Positions 28,082 through 37,660 of a stretch of 64,000 bases of DNA are shown in pieces; position 1 is the first letter of the stretch, and each line of letters starts with the position of its first letter. The DNA lies in NCBI GenBank assembly GCA_963674745.2, contig CAXXDV010000001.1:1216001-1280000 (forward strand), given 5' to 3'. The notes under the pieces were generated by a model. That model saw only the letters and a program-made list of their open reading frames with translations. It made no database searches and had not been told where the DNA came from. The translations under genes and the position numbers were made by a program. Origin of the DNA: Desulfosudaceae bacterium (GTDB lineage: Bacteria; Desulfobacterota; Desulfobacteria; Desulfobacterales; Desulfosudaceae).

Positions 28082-30895
28082 ATGAAAACACAAAACAACT
28101 ATTCAAACGGTGAGAACCAGACGGGCAAGACCCTTGCACCGGCTAAGGTTGAACGGCTTCTGATTATTACGACCGGTACAACCGGTGGGATTGTGGGGCT
28201 TTTAGCCAAGCGACACTTCATCGAGGTTCTGGGTTATATCCCCAAATCTGTACGAATCTTGAATATTGACACCGATGAAGCGCCGCAAATCGACGGAGCA
28301 ACATTTGACGACAGCGAGAAAATTAAAATTGAAATCGGCGACGCTCCGGCAGTGGTCAACAATGTTCGGCACATTGGAGATTGGTACCCGAAAAGCATGT
28401 CGGCAGACCCTATTGTTAATGGAGCTGGTGCTCGCCGGCCGCAGGGAAGACTGGCGCTCCACTATGATGCCGCCAGAGTCTTTAACGCAATCAAATCTGC
28501 CTTCGACGCGTTACAGAGCCCTGAGCTTGTTTCCGACCATCCCGACATATATGAGATTCCACCGGGCAGTTCTGTCCGGGTCATCATGGCAGGGTCTGAC
28601 GCCGGCGGTTCAGGCAGTGCGATGTTTGTAGACACCGGGCGATATATTCGTGAAAAGCTGTTTGACGGTAATCAGGCACACCAGTTGTTGGGCTTTCTTG
28701 TGTCTGGCTCTGCTTTTGCCGACAAACCTCATACCGACCTGATAGCGCAAAATGCTTATGCATTCTGGAAAGAAATGAATTATATAGCGGGCGCAGATCC
28801 GCGCCAGGTACCCAAAATCACGCTCAATGGCGTCACCATGCCCCGCGAAGACCGGAAGGGGGTCGATAGCCTGTTGCCTTTCAATAAGCTGGTGATTGTA
28901 GAACCGCGCAATGAGCTTTTTAATTATCAGCTGGAAGATATTTTAAATATTCTGGGTCGGGTTGTTTTTCTGGCATCGGGTTTTTTGGCCGATTCAGCCC
29001 TTCGTGTATGGAAGAATTCAGCAGCTCTTCCGTGGTTTGGACAGTTTCCGATTGTGTCAGGCGTTGGAGAAAGCGAACTGGTTTTTCGGGAAGAAGAAGT
29101 CGCTGATTTTGCCGTGGCCAGTCTGATTAAAAAGTTTATCAACTTTTTATTCGCAGAGGACGGAACAAACACGGTTTCAAAAAAGGATGTCCTTGAACGG
29201 TTGCAGGCGTGGCAACTTGTGGAAGCGGATCAGGACCAGGTAATCGATCGTATTCTCGATCCGGCATTGGTCAGCAATATTCGAAAGCCGAGAAAATTTG
29301 ACAAGCCCACAGCAACCGAGCTTTTGGCCACGGAAGCGGGGCAACGCGGCCGTATGATTGAAAACCTGCGCAAAACAGCCAGCCGGAATGAAAAAGAAGT
29401 GCGCCGGGCTGCTTTTAATGACCTTCACGGACACGCCTACACCGCCGCCAACGAACCCGGCGGTTTACCGGCGTTACAGCGGTTTCTGCGACAATTCAAA
29501 ATTTATTGTGACTCGTATAGGAAAATGATGGTCAATGAGATCAATGATTTTGGGGGCACGGCAAAAATTGCCGGCGAGCAACTCGAAAAAGCCCGCAACC
29601 AGCTTCAGCAAGCCTCGGACCGTTTCTGGGGAAGGGCCAGAGGGATCGAGAAGGCCTATGACGCCTTGGCCGATGCCACCAGAAAACACCTCGTTACGGA
29701 GGCAGAAATCATACGCAGAGATTCGGCCGCATCACTATATAAAGCGCTTATTGAAGAGGCCAATGCTCTGGAGGCGCAAGCGAAGACCCTTCAAAGCAAC
29801 CTTGAAATGGTTTGCAAGCACGCCACTGGAAAACTGAGATCGATTTTTTCACGGCGGCGGCAAAAAAGCCCAAACATTATTGCTGTCGGCGAAAGCCTTG
29901 CCGATAAGGCAATTTCATCTGTTGATCCTGCTGGCTTTTTATCGAAATTTTCCCGTACGCCTTCGTTCTTAGACCTGTTTAACCGGAATGTCGATGATCT
30001 TTACGCCGTAATTGACAGCCACCTCCGCTCCACCCCGGAGGTAAAATCGATTCTCGCGTCAAGCCTGGACGATGTGCTGGGTCGTATGGCCGATGTCGAT
30101 CGAAAACGCATTATGTCGGACCTCGACCGCCTCAGCACGCCATTATGGCGGTGGGACAAGTCTCTCCGGGATATTGCAGAAGGCCGCAAAACGGAAACGA
30201 TCTTCCTGATTGGCTGTGGTTCCGCCCAGAATAATATTTTCAGGCAGCAGGATCTGTTCCGTTATCTTCCATCAAAAGGGGCGACAGATCCTGCCATCGT
30301 CGGGACTGGAGACAGCAATCGTATTGTATGTGTTCAGTTTGAAGACGCCGTACCGCCCTTTGCCCTGAAAACTTTAGGAAGCTGTAAGAGCCGGTATGAA
30401 CGATCAAAGCGGGAATCCGTCACCATGCGAGACCGGGGACAGACCCGGATTGCCTTTGAAATCGATGGGCGATGGGAAGACACGCTTCCGGATATTTTCC
30501 CCAGCCAAGGAAAAGAAGAAGATTTTCAGATATGGACGCTGGCGCATGTGCCTGAACTTTTTGGCCTAATCACCAAGAACAGTTCGTTTTACTACGCACA
30601 TTCAAAGAAGAACGGTCGACCGGGTGATGATTTTAAAATCTCGTTGGCTCAGGGCCGAATCGCTGCTTTTCATGCTTACGTCCAGGATGAAGCGCTTATC
30701 GACGAGCACCGCGACGTCATTGAAAAAATAGCCAAAAAAATGGGGGATACGGAACTGGCTGATCGACTGAAGGAATATCGAGATAACACGCTGATGGACC
30801 TGGCCCGAGCCGCTGCGTCACCGGAGTTAAAGGATCAGGTGGAACGTGAAATCCGGGCTCTTGACGAATTTATAAACGAAATTTCAAGCATTTAG
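28082..30895 (+). CDS. Tubulin/FtsZ-like GTPase (Tubulin_2 / FtsZl family) with long helical C-terminus
   Basis: TTGTTG, NIDTD, GAGARRPQGRLAL, SDAGGSGSAMFVD, NAYAFWKE; GGAGG RBS. Confidence 0.88.
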   Translation: MKTQNNYSNGENQTGKTLAPAKVERLLIITTGTTGGIVGLLAKRHFIEVLGYIPKSVRILNIDTDEAPQIDGATFDDSEKIKIEIGDAPAVVNNVRHIGDWYPKSMSADPIVNGAGARRPQGRLALHYDAARVFNAIKSAFDALQSPELVSDHPDIYEIPPGSSVRVIMAGSDAGGSGSAMFVDTGRYIREKLFDGNQAHQLLGFLVSGSAFADKPHTDLIAQNAYAFWKEMNYIAGADPRQVPKITLNGVTMPREDRKGVDSLLPFNKLVIVEPRNELFNYQLEDILNILGRVVFLASGFLADSALRVWKNSAALPWFGQFPIVSGVGESELVFREEEVADFAVASLIKKFINFLFAEDGTNTVSKKDVLERLQAWQLVEADQDQVIDRILDPALVSNIRKPRKFDKPTATELLATEAGQRGRMIENLRKTASRNEKEVRRAAFNDLHGHAYTAANEPGGLPALQRFLRQFKIYCDSYRKMMVNEINDFGGTAKIAGEQLEKARNQLQQASDRFWGRARGIEKAYDALADATRKHLVTEAEIIRRDSAASLYKALIEEANALEAQAKTLQSNLEMVCKHATGKLRSIFSRRRQKSPNIIAVGESLADKAISSVDPAGFLSKFSRTPSFLDLFNRNVDDLYAVIDSHLRSTPEVKSILASSLDDVLGRMADVDRKRIMSDLDRLSTPLWRWDKSLRDIAEGRKTETIFLIGCGSAQNNIFRQQDLFRYLPSKGATDPAIVGTGDSNRIVCVQFEDAVPPFALKTLGSCKSRYERSKRESVTMRDRGQTRIAFEIDGRWEDTLPDIFPSQGKEEDFQIWTLAHVPELFGLITKNSSFYYAHSKKNGRPGDDFKISLAQGRIAAFHAYVQDEALIDEHRDVIEKIAKKMGDTELADRLKEYRDNTLMDLARAAASPELKDQVEREIRALDEFINEISSI

Positions 30896-30905
30896 GAGAT
30901 AAAAC

Positions 30906-33719
30906 ATGGCCATTTCAACTGCCGTAATCATTGGGGTTGGTTCTCGTGTCGAGCCCTTTTTAGAGGCGACTATGGCCTGGCGAGAAGGTTTGGATCCTGT
31001 TTTTAGGACTTTTATCGCCAATGCCATGCTTTGTGATGATGGTTCAGTATCTTTAAACGGGGGGAAAGTCAGCCTGCTGCTGGAAGGTCTGTCAACAGAA
31101 CTGACCGATGACGCATGGCGGCTTAATCGTGCCATCGGGGATGAGCAGGATACACAAATTCAGGCCTGGCTTCAGTCTATTATTCAGGAGACACGCCAGG
31201 AGTCACATTTAAGAGCCGCCCGTGCCGCAGGATATGAAGTCCAGCCCGGTTTAAGAATCGTTCTGGTCTCAACAACATTTGACCCGGTTGGAGCAGGTCT
31301 TTCCCTTATGTTTTCAAAGAAAATTAAGCAGGTTGCGCGCGCATGCAACCTGCCGGTATGGGTCCACCTTTTCAAAATCGCACCGGATGTTTTCGTTGAT
31401 GGTGTGGCGGGGGTTCCGGAAGAATTCAAAGTAAAAAAGGAGGATCAGGGAATAGCCGGTCTTTTTACAGTGTCACATTTGAATGAACTGACCGATGTGG
31501 CGGCAAAGTTACCACAGGAAGGACGACTTTTTCAGGACTGCTGGATTGTATCAAATGTGACAACACGAAATACCTGCATTAATAATTTTTCAGTGTTGGC
31601 TAACTACCTGGCCGTTTTCGTGTCACTGTTTCATGTTGGAGGCTTTCATCTTTCTGATCATACCGGGATGTACGCCGAAAATGGGGATCTGCCTATCATC
31701 AACTCAATCGGGATTTACGAGTTCCACCTTGACCGGGAAGGATTGCAAAAAACACTATTTGACCGCGTCGCTCATATCGCCTTGGATTTTCTAAACGTTT
31801 GGGAGAAGAAACCGTTTGAACATCAACAGATGAGCTCTGACGTCTCTAACCTGATTTATAAGAAACAGATGGACTTGCTCCGTGAACGTTTTTCCAGAGA
31901 CGACTGCGGAAAAACACTGTATTCCACCTTTCAATATCAAATGAGTGACGGCTTTTTAGAATCCGAAGAGGCGGCAAGATCTTTTGAAAATGATGTTTTA
32001 CGTGCCTGGCGAGAACATCGCAGAAACAATGAGGACTCTCTTTATCAAGGCGCAGCAATCCGCCAAGAACAACTTCTTTCGGAAGACAGTGATTCCGTAA
32101 TGAACAGATGTCGGGAACTTGCCAATGAGGGGGGGGAGATACCGGCGGCCATTGCATACCTGGCAGCCTGGTTAAATATTGATTCTCCCTTTTTGAAAGG
32201 ATGTGACGTCGCCCTCGAGTCCGGGTTGCATCGAATCTGGGAGGCGGTAACGGAATACTGGGATGACTTGATGGGTTCCGGAAAAAAAAGGGCGGAGCTT
32301 AAAAAAATCCGGCAGCAAATTGTAGACAAAACAAGCGTTTTTAAAAACCTTGAACAGGAGAGTGTAGCGCTCCAAAAAATTTTGGAAACAGAATCTTCTG
32401 CCGACAGCGTGCAATCACAGGAAAACGCTGACGCCGGCCAGCCCTCCGCCCATAAACGTCAGTTTGAAAATGAAATAAAGGAGCTAAAAGTCCGCATTTC
32501 AAAGAATCAAGCCGATATCGATTCGCTGATAGCCAGGGAAGGCGACCTTAATATCGAACTGCGTGCCATCGATCAGGGGCTGAATGATCCCGGGACCCGC
32601 CGAGACCTGTTTAAGGAACATGTCGAGGGTAAAGCCCTTGATCGGTTCTCCAAGATTGTCCCGAAACTGGTGAAGTCTTCAGATGAATGCCAACGCACAG
32701 ATAAGGAAGTAGTCCGTAAAGAAAGAGCCAAAACCGGTACCTTGAACTGGTGGCTTTTATCAAATGCCGTGATCTTCGTATGTTCGTTGGTTTTAACCTG
32801 TTTTAACCTGAGTATGGAAATGGTGTTAACAACAATATTACCATGGACCGCAACGGCAATCGTAGTCACCCTGATCGTATTTACGTTTTATTATTACTTC
32901 AAGATTAAGCCGGATTTACACAAAGCTTATAACGATCGACATCAGGCAAAATGGAGTCAACGGAATATTCAAAACGAAATGGTTGCCGTACTTACCCGGC
33001 TGGAAAAAACACGCCCCGACTTTGCGGCCTGTTTTTATGCCATTGAGTGGTTTCATTCTTTAAAGTCAAACATTGCCAATCGCCATAGCGAATTATCGGC
33101 TGCTGTTTCCGGGCTACAAGACCTGCGGAATAAGGCTGTTTCTGAGAGGAGCCTTGCCGAGGACACGGAAAACAGACGAATCGTTCCAAATAAGATCGAA
33201 TTTGAGGCGCTTTGGCCATTAGGCGAAAAATCTCTTCAAAACAGCCTGTTAACGCAACAACTGGTCAAGCTTTATTGTAGAGAAGTCTTTGAGTCCGGTG
33301 CTGCCCAGGCCTTGAGCAAGCTACAGGAAACACTTGAAGCGGTAACCAGGGAATCATTCGGCGAAATTCTGGGAATGGATATCGCAGAACTTTTTGAATT
33401 ACTTGATTCAACAATGCCCGTAGCCGACCTGGATCAAACTTTACGCACGGGGCTGGAAAACACTTCGCCTCTGATCAATATTCATGAGTTTTCCCGGCAC
33501 CAGGGTGCAGTTGAAGAGTTTTTTATATCACTTAAATGCCGGGATGGCGGTGAGACGGCGAGTCGTATTGAAAGACTGTCCCGGGATAAAAGTCTGCAAC
33601 TGATACCGGCGGAATCCCCGGACAATATCCGATTTGTGCGGCTTATTACAAAAATAACGCCATCTCATTGGATTTATTATGCTTATTTCAACAGCCACAT
33701 TAACCATGTGAATGAGTAA
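30906..33719 (+). CDS. Second, degenerate tubulin-like protein with coiled coil and two TM helices
   Basis: AVIIGVG, eroded T4 loop STTFDPVGAG, FQDCWIVSN, NSIGIYEF; coiled coil; hydrophobic hairpin. Confidence 0.65.
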   Translation: MAISTAVIIGVGSRVEPFLEATMAWREGLDPVFRTFIANAMLCDDGSVSLNGGKVSLLLEGLSTELTDDAWRLNRAIGDEQDTQIQAWLQSIIQETRQESHLRAARAAGYEVQPGLRIVLVSTTFDPVGAGLSLMFSKKIKQVARACNLPVWVHLFKIAPDVFVDGVAGVPEEFKVKKEDQGIAGLFTVSHLNELTDVAAKLPQEGRLFQDCWIVSNVTTRNTCINNFSVLANYLAVFVSLFHVGGFHLSDHTGMYAENGDLPIINSIGIYEFHLDREGLQKTLFDRVAHIALDFLNVWEKKPFEHQQMSSDVSNLIYKKQMDLLRERFSRDDCGKTLYSTFQYQMSDGFLESEEAARSFENDVLRAWREHRRNNEDSLYQGAAIRQEQLLSEDSDSVMNRCRELANEGGEIPAAIAYLAAWLNIDSPFLKGCDVALESGLHRIWEAVTEYWDDLMGSGKKRAELKKIRQQIVDKTSVFKNLEQESVALQKILETESSADSVQSQENADAGQPSAHKRQFENEIKELKVRISKNQADIDSLIAREGDLNIELRAIDQGLNDPGTRRDLFKEHVEGKALDRFSKIVPKLVKSSDECQRTDKEVVRKERAKTGTLNWWLLSNAVIFVCSLVLTCFNLSMEMVLTTILPWTATAIVVTLIVFTFYYYFKIKPDLHKAYNDRHQAKWSQRNIQNEMVAVLTRLEKTRPDFAACFYAIEWFHSLKSNIANRHSELSAAVSGLQDLRNKAVSERSLAEDTENRRIVPNKIEFEALWPLGEKSLQNSLLTQQLVKLYCREVFESGAAQALSKLQETLEAVTRESFGEILGMDIAELFELLDSTMPVADLDQTLRTGLENTSPLINIHEFSRHQGAVEEFFISLKCRDGGETASRIERLSRDKSLQLIPAESPDNIRFVRLITKITPSHWIYYAYFNSHINHVNE

Positions 33720-33751
33720 CCGTTCATCACAAACCTGCAAAGGAGACTATC

Positions 33752-34480
33752 ATGAACCGAAATTCAATAATTATCGTTATCTCTGTCATCAGTGTTGCCG
33801 TTATTATCGGAGCGGCAGTCGGAGGATACTTGATCTGGTCTCAAGGGAGCAAGTTTACCGTTGTTTTCAGGGACTCCAAATACCTTCAGCCCGGGGCAAA
33901 CGTATACCTCTCCGGTGTTGTTATCGGAACCGTTAAAGCCGTCGATGTTAACAATAGTGGTGGAGTTAATGTTGTTGTCCGGCTTTCGGATAAAAACATT
34001 AGTCTTTCTCGGGCATCTCAGTTCTTTATCGATACCGGTTACGAACGGTGCCTTATGGTAAAGACGTCAAGCAAACCAGCCCTTCCCATTGCCAATGGTG
34101 ATGTTTTAGAAGGGACGGACAGCTTTCTGATGTGGCAACTGTTGGATGTTGTTGATCAAATCCAGGACGTAGTCGATTCTCCGCAAGCACGAAAGCTGAG
34201 GGCGCAATTCAAGCAATGCCTCACCAGTTTTAGTGAACGGCTGCGACAAATCGACTGGGATAAAATAGGAAATGACGTCAAAGTGCAGGTGGAGTCCTTG
34301 GTCGATGAAATTGACCGGGCTTTACAGTCTCAAGAATTTCAGCAAAGCCTGGAACAGATCAAGGAGAAAATCAAAAACACTCAAAACGCCCTCATAGAGT
34401 TGAAAAACAGCGAAGAAGCGACACGACTCTATAAGGATTTACAAGAGCTTTATAACAGAATCAATGAAAGGCACGATTAA
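33752..34480 (+). CDS. MlaD/MCE-domain protein with helical C-terminus
   Basis: N-terminal TM; FTVVFRDSKYLQPGANVYLSGVVIGTVKAV; AAGGAG RBS. Confidence 0.85.
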   Translation: MNRNSIIIVISVISVAVIIGAAVGGYLIWSQGSKFTVVFRDSKYLQPGANVYLSGVVIGTVKAVDVNNSGGVNVVVRLSDKNISLSRASQFFIDTGYERCLMVKTSSKPALPIANGDVLEGTDSFLMWQLLDVVDQIQDVVDSPQARKLRAQFKQCLTSFSERLRQIDWDKIGNDVKVQVESLVDEIDRALQSQEFQQSLEQIKEKIKNTQNALIELKNSEEATRLYKDLQELYNRINERHD

Positions 34481-34528
34481 GAGCCGGGCGTTTCAACAAG
34501 GCTATAAATCAAGATAGAGGGATATGAG

Positions 34529-35815
34529 ATGCCGGAGTTTAAAACACCAAGCATAACCGGTGTGTATTTTGAAGACACAACAGGGAAACTTCGTCTCTTT
34601 GAAAAGGATTCTATCCTTGTCATGACGGTTCAACCGTTACCGCGGGCATGGCAAAAAACAAGGCGGAAATCCTACTGGATAAATTGCCGGCCAGAGAGGT
34701 TTAAAATTCCAATGGGTAATATAGAGAAACGACTGGAGGGATTGAATTCTCATTTAGACGAAAACGGGAAGCTTTTACCTCAATTCTGTACGTCACCCAC
34801 GGATAAATTCTTGAATTTGGGAATACGTAGTCATCTGATGTTTTGCCTGACTATCTCTAAAAAAGACCGTTTGATTATTCGGCCTTTCCCAACAAGACAG
34901 TGGCATTTATTGTCTCTCTTGGCCGGTTGTGGTGATGCGGCGGTGGAACTGGTTGAGTCAAATCCAACGTTAGGCTTTATGGTGTCGTCCAGTTGGGTCT
35001 TCAAGAAAAAGCCCGTTCAAAAGCCTCTCCGTGCGGCCCGCTCGATAGTTAATAAGAAACAACGGGATATTTTGAGATGGCTCGATTGGCCCAATAATTC
35101 TGAAAGCACAAGGAAAATACTGGCGAAGATAGCTCATCCAGCAATCAATATTTCAAATTTGTTGTATCTGCGGCAGGCGATTTGCGACAAAAAAATAGCC
35201 AAGACCTTGTGTCACCTTCCACGCATCAACACAGGGGTGCTGAGAATTGTCACAGATCCAGGCCTGTCTTCCTTAACAACGCCATCATTATTATTTGAAA
35301 TTGCTCATTGTCGGAAGCATGAAGACAAATATCCCACGGCTGCATATTTACTTCGCGACAGTATCCATATTCAACTCCAGCTGTACGCGAACAGGCGATT
35401 TCCAGGGCCGATTCGCCATTTAAAACAATTGTCGGAGGTTCATGATTCGCTGGTGGAGGATCTCAATTGTGCCAAAAGCCTTAATGAAAACATTCCATTT
35501 CCCGCGCCACCTATTGATGGCACAGAGTTTATCCGCCCAATAACTCAAACCGCTGATTTAGTTCGTGAAGGAATTTTCATGAAAAATTGCGTGGCAGCAG
35601 ACTTATATATAACGAAAATACTACAGCGCGAAATATATATTTACCAGGTATTCAAGCCAGAGCGTTGTACCTTGGCCCTAAAAAGAAAAAACGGGGCCTG
35701 GACAGTATCAGAATTAAAAAGGGCTCGGAACGAGGACCCAGCTTCAATAACGAGATCAGCAGTTGAGATTTGGCTGGCACAAAAGCCAACAAATAATGGC
35801 CGTGGTCAAATGTAA
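34529..35815 (+). CDS. PcfJ-like domain protein
   Basis: C-terminal HD...LVREGIFMKNCVA...RCTLAL motif. Confidence 0.7.
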   Translation: MPEFKTPSITGVYFEDTTGKLRLFEKDSILVMTVQPLPRAWQKTRRKSYWINCRPERFKIPMGNIEKRLEGLNSHLDENGKLLPQFCTSPTDKFLNLGIRSHLMFCLTISKKDRLIIRPFPTRQWHLLSLLAGCGDAAVELVESNPTLGFMVSSSWVFKKKPVQKPLRAARSIVNKKQRDILRWLDWPNNSESTRKILAKIAHPAINISNLLYLRQAICDKKIAKTLCHLPRINTGVLRIVTDPGLSSLTTPSLLFEIAHCRKHEDKYPTAAYLLRDSIHIQLQLYANRRFPGPIRHLKQLSEVHDSLVEDLNCAKSLNENIPFPAPPIDGTEFIRPITQTADLVREGIFMKNCVAADLYITKILQREIYIYQVFKPERCTLALKRKNGAWTVSELKRARNEDPASITRSAVEIWLAQKPTNNGRGQM

Positions 35816-35873
35816 ATACATTAAATTTTGGCAGTCATGGCCGAAAACAATTTCATTCAAGGAGGAACAGACA

Positions 35874-36293
35874 ATGTCAGAATGTATTTTTTGTAAAATT
35901 TTTAATGGTCAGGCTGACGCGAGCATTGTCTATAGAGATGATATCGCCTCTGCCTTTCTCGATATAAGTCCCGTGAATCCGGGTCATGTCCTGGTTGTTC
36001 CCAATGAACATTTTGCAGGTTTAGCAGATCTTCCGGAGAAAACAGCCAAGCATCTGATTTGTGTTGCACAGCGCTTGGCTTCTGCCATCAGGTTTTCGAA
36101 CGATATTAAATGTGAAGGCATCAATCTGTTTCTGGCAGATGGAAAAGCTGCCGGCCAAGAAGTTTTTCATGTCCATCTGCATATTATTCCTCGATTCAAA
36201 AACGATGGATTTCGGTTGGTTTTTTCCGACCATAAGCCAACTCGTTCAGAACTGGAAGAGTTGGCGGTTGGTATTCGAAAGCAATTGGGATAG
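35874..36293 (+). CDS. HIT-family nucleotide hydrolase
   Basis: CIFCKI, AFLDISPVNPGHVLVVP, AGQEVFHVHLHIIPR; AGGAGG RBS. Confidence 0.95.
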   Translation: MSECIFCKIFNGQADASIVYRDDIASAFLDISPVNPGHVLVVPNEHFAGLADLPEKTAKHLICVAQRLASAIRFSNDIKCEGINLFLADGKAAGQEVFHVHLHIIPRFKNDGFRLVFSDHKPTRSELEELAVGIRKQLG

Positions 36294-36335
36294 GGGCTAA
36301 CTAATTCTTTATTTTAATCTGGAAGGTTAACGGAT

Positions 36336-36836
36336 ATGAATTATGAAAAAATCTTTTCGGGTTTATTGGAAACAATGGGTTTGACGATAAAAAATTTCGA
36401 AAAGACCTGTAATTTAGAGCTCACGGAGGATCATTACCGGGTTTTGGTCAGTTGGGCTTGTTTTTCTGCAAAACGGGATATGAAATCAGTGTTGCTGAAA
36501 CGTTATTCAGAAAAAATTCCCACTCCATTTTTGCAATTTGACATCTTTCTCCGAGGAGATCCTTCCAACAATTTTGAACCAGATGGGAAAGGAATTGCAT
36601 TTACAGCTACCAGAACTTGGGAATTGATGGAATGTGCTTTGAATGAAATCAGGCTGTTAATTAGCGCGGACGTATCCAAGGCTGATGTTGAAAGAGGGTT
36701 AGCGCTTTTGTTAATCAGCATAATGGATGATGAGCATGAAGGATTTCAAGAACTGTTAAGTCACAATACAGAGGAGGAGGCTACTTTAGCTTATTTTGCC
36801 AAAAGGAATAAACCAGATAACCGGGTAAAAGGATAG
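36336..36836 (+). CDS. Hypothetical protein
   Basis: 166-aa ORF co-oriented, 4 bp from the next gene. Confidence 0.65.
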   Translation: MNYEKIFSGLLETMGLTIKNFEKTCNLELTEDHYRVLVSWACFSAKRDMKSVLLKRYSEKIPTPFLQFDIFLRGDPSNNFEPDGKGIAFTATRTWELMECALNEIRLLISADVSKADVERGLALLLISIMDDEHEGFQELLSHNTEEEATLAYFAKRNKPDNRVKG

Positions 36837-36840
36837 ACAA

Positions 36841-37647
36841 ATGAAAAAAACTATTTGGGCGAGCGATTTACACTTGGAATTTTTAAAAAAAGAAAAGCGC
36901 AATGACTTTCTAAATCAACTTGCAGCAATGGAGCCCGAAAATATAATTCTCGGTGGCGATACTGGTGAGGCCCCTAATGTCGGATCATATTTAAAACTTA
37001 TCGCGCAACATATGCCTTCCGCTACAAAGATTTACATCATTTGTGGAAATCACGAAGGATATAGGAGCAGCATCGCTGCTGCTAGAGGGGAGATTATAAA
37101 AATCTGTGATGAATCAGATCAACTATACTATCTTCCGAATGAAGGTGTTGTCGAACTATCCGAAAACGTTGGTCTAATTGGTGCTGACTGCCTTTTAGGT
37201 GATGCGAGAATAGGTAACTATAATAATCGTATTCGGCTGGGTGATTTTACCTGGACCGCTGATTTTCAGTGCTTAAATCATAAAGAAAGAATTACTATTC
37301 TGCGAAAGTTAGGAGATCAAGCCCGAGATTATTTTGAAAGTGTTCTTCCTTTAGCGCTGCAAAAATATAATCACGTGGTGATTATAACCCATGCGCCATT
37401 ATTCAGTGAATTCTGCTTGCACGGTGGGAAGCCATCGAGCCCGGATTATCTTCCATACTTCGTCTGCCAGGCTCCTGGCGAAATAGTTTTTAAGTACGCA
37501 AAAGAATTTCCAGATAATTTTATTTACTGCCTGTCGGGACATTCCCACTGTCATGCTGAAGGGAATCTCTTAAAAAATTTGTATGTTTGTGTTTCTGGCT
37601 CCGACTATGGGGCACCGCGTATTGAAACACTTATCATTGAAGAATAA
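36841..37647 (+). CDS. Calcineurin-like metallophosphoesterase
   Basis: SDLH, GGDT, GNHE, THAP, GHSH motifs. Confidence 0.92.
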   Translation: MKKTIWASDLHLEFLKKEKRNDFLNQLAAMEPENIILGGDTGEAPNVGSYLKLIAQHMPSATKIYIICGNHEGYRSSIAAARGEIIKICDESDQLYYLPNEGVVELSENVGLIGADCLLGDARIGNYNNRIRLGDFTWTADFQCLNHKERITILRKLGDQARDYFESVLPLALQKYNHVVIITHAPLFSEFCLHGGKPSSPDYLPYFVCQAPGEIVFKYAKEFPDNFIYCLSGHSHCHAEGNLLKNLYVCVSGSDYGAPRIETLIIEE

Positions 37648-37660
37648 ATATAGAGGCAAC

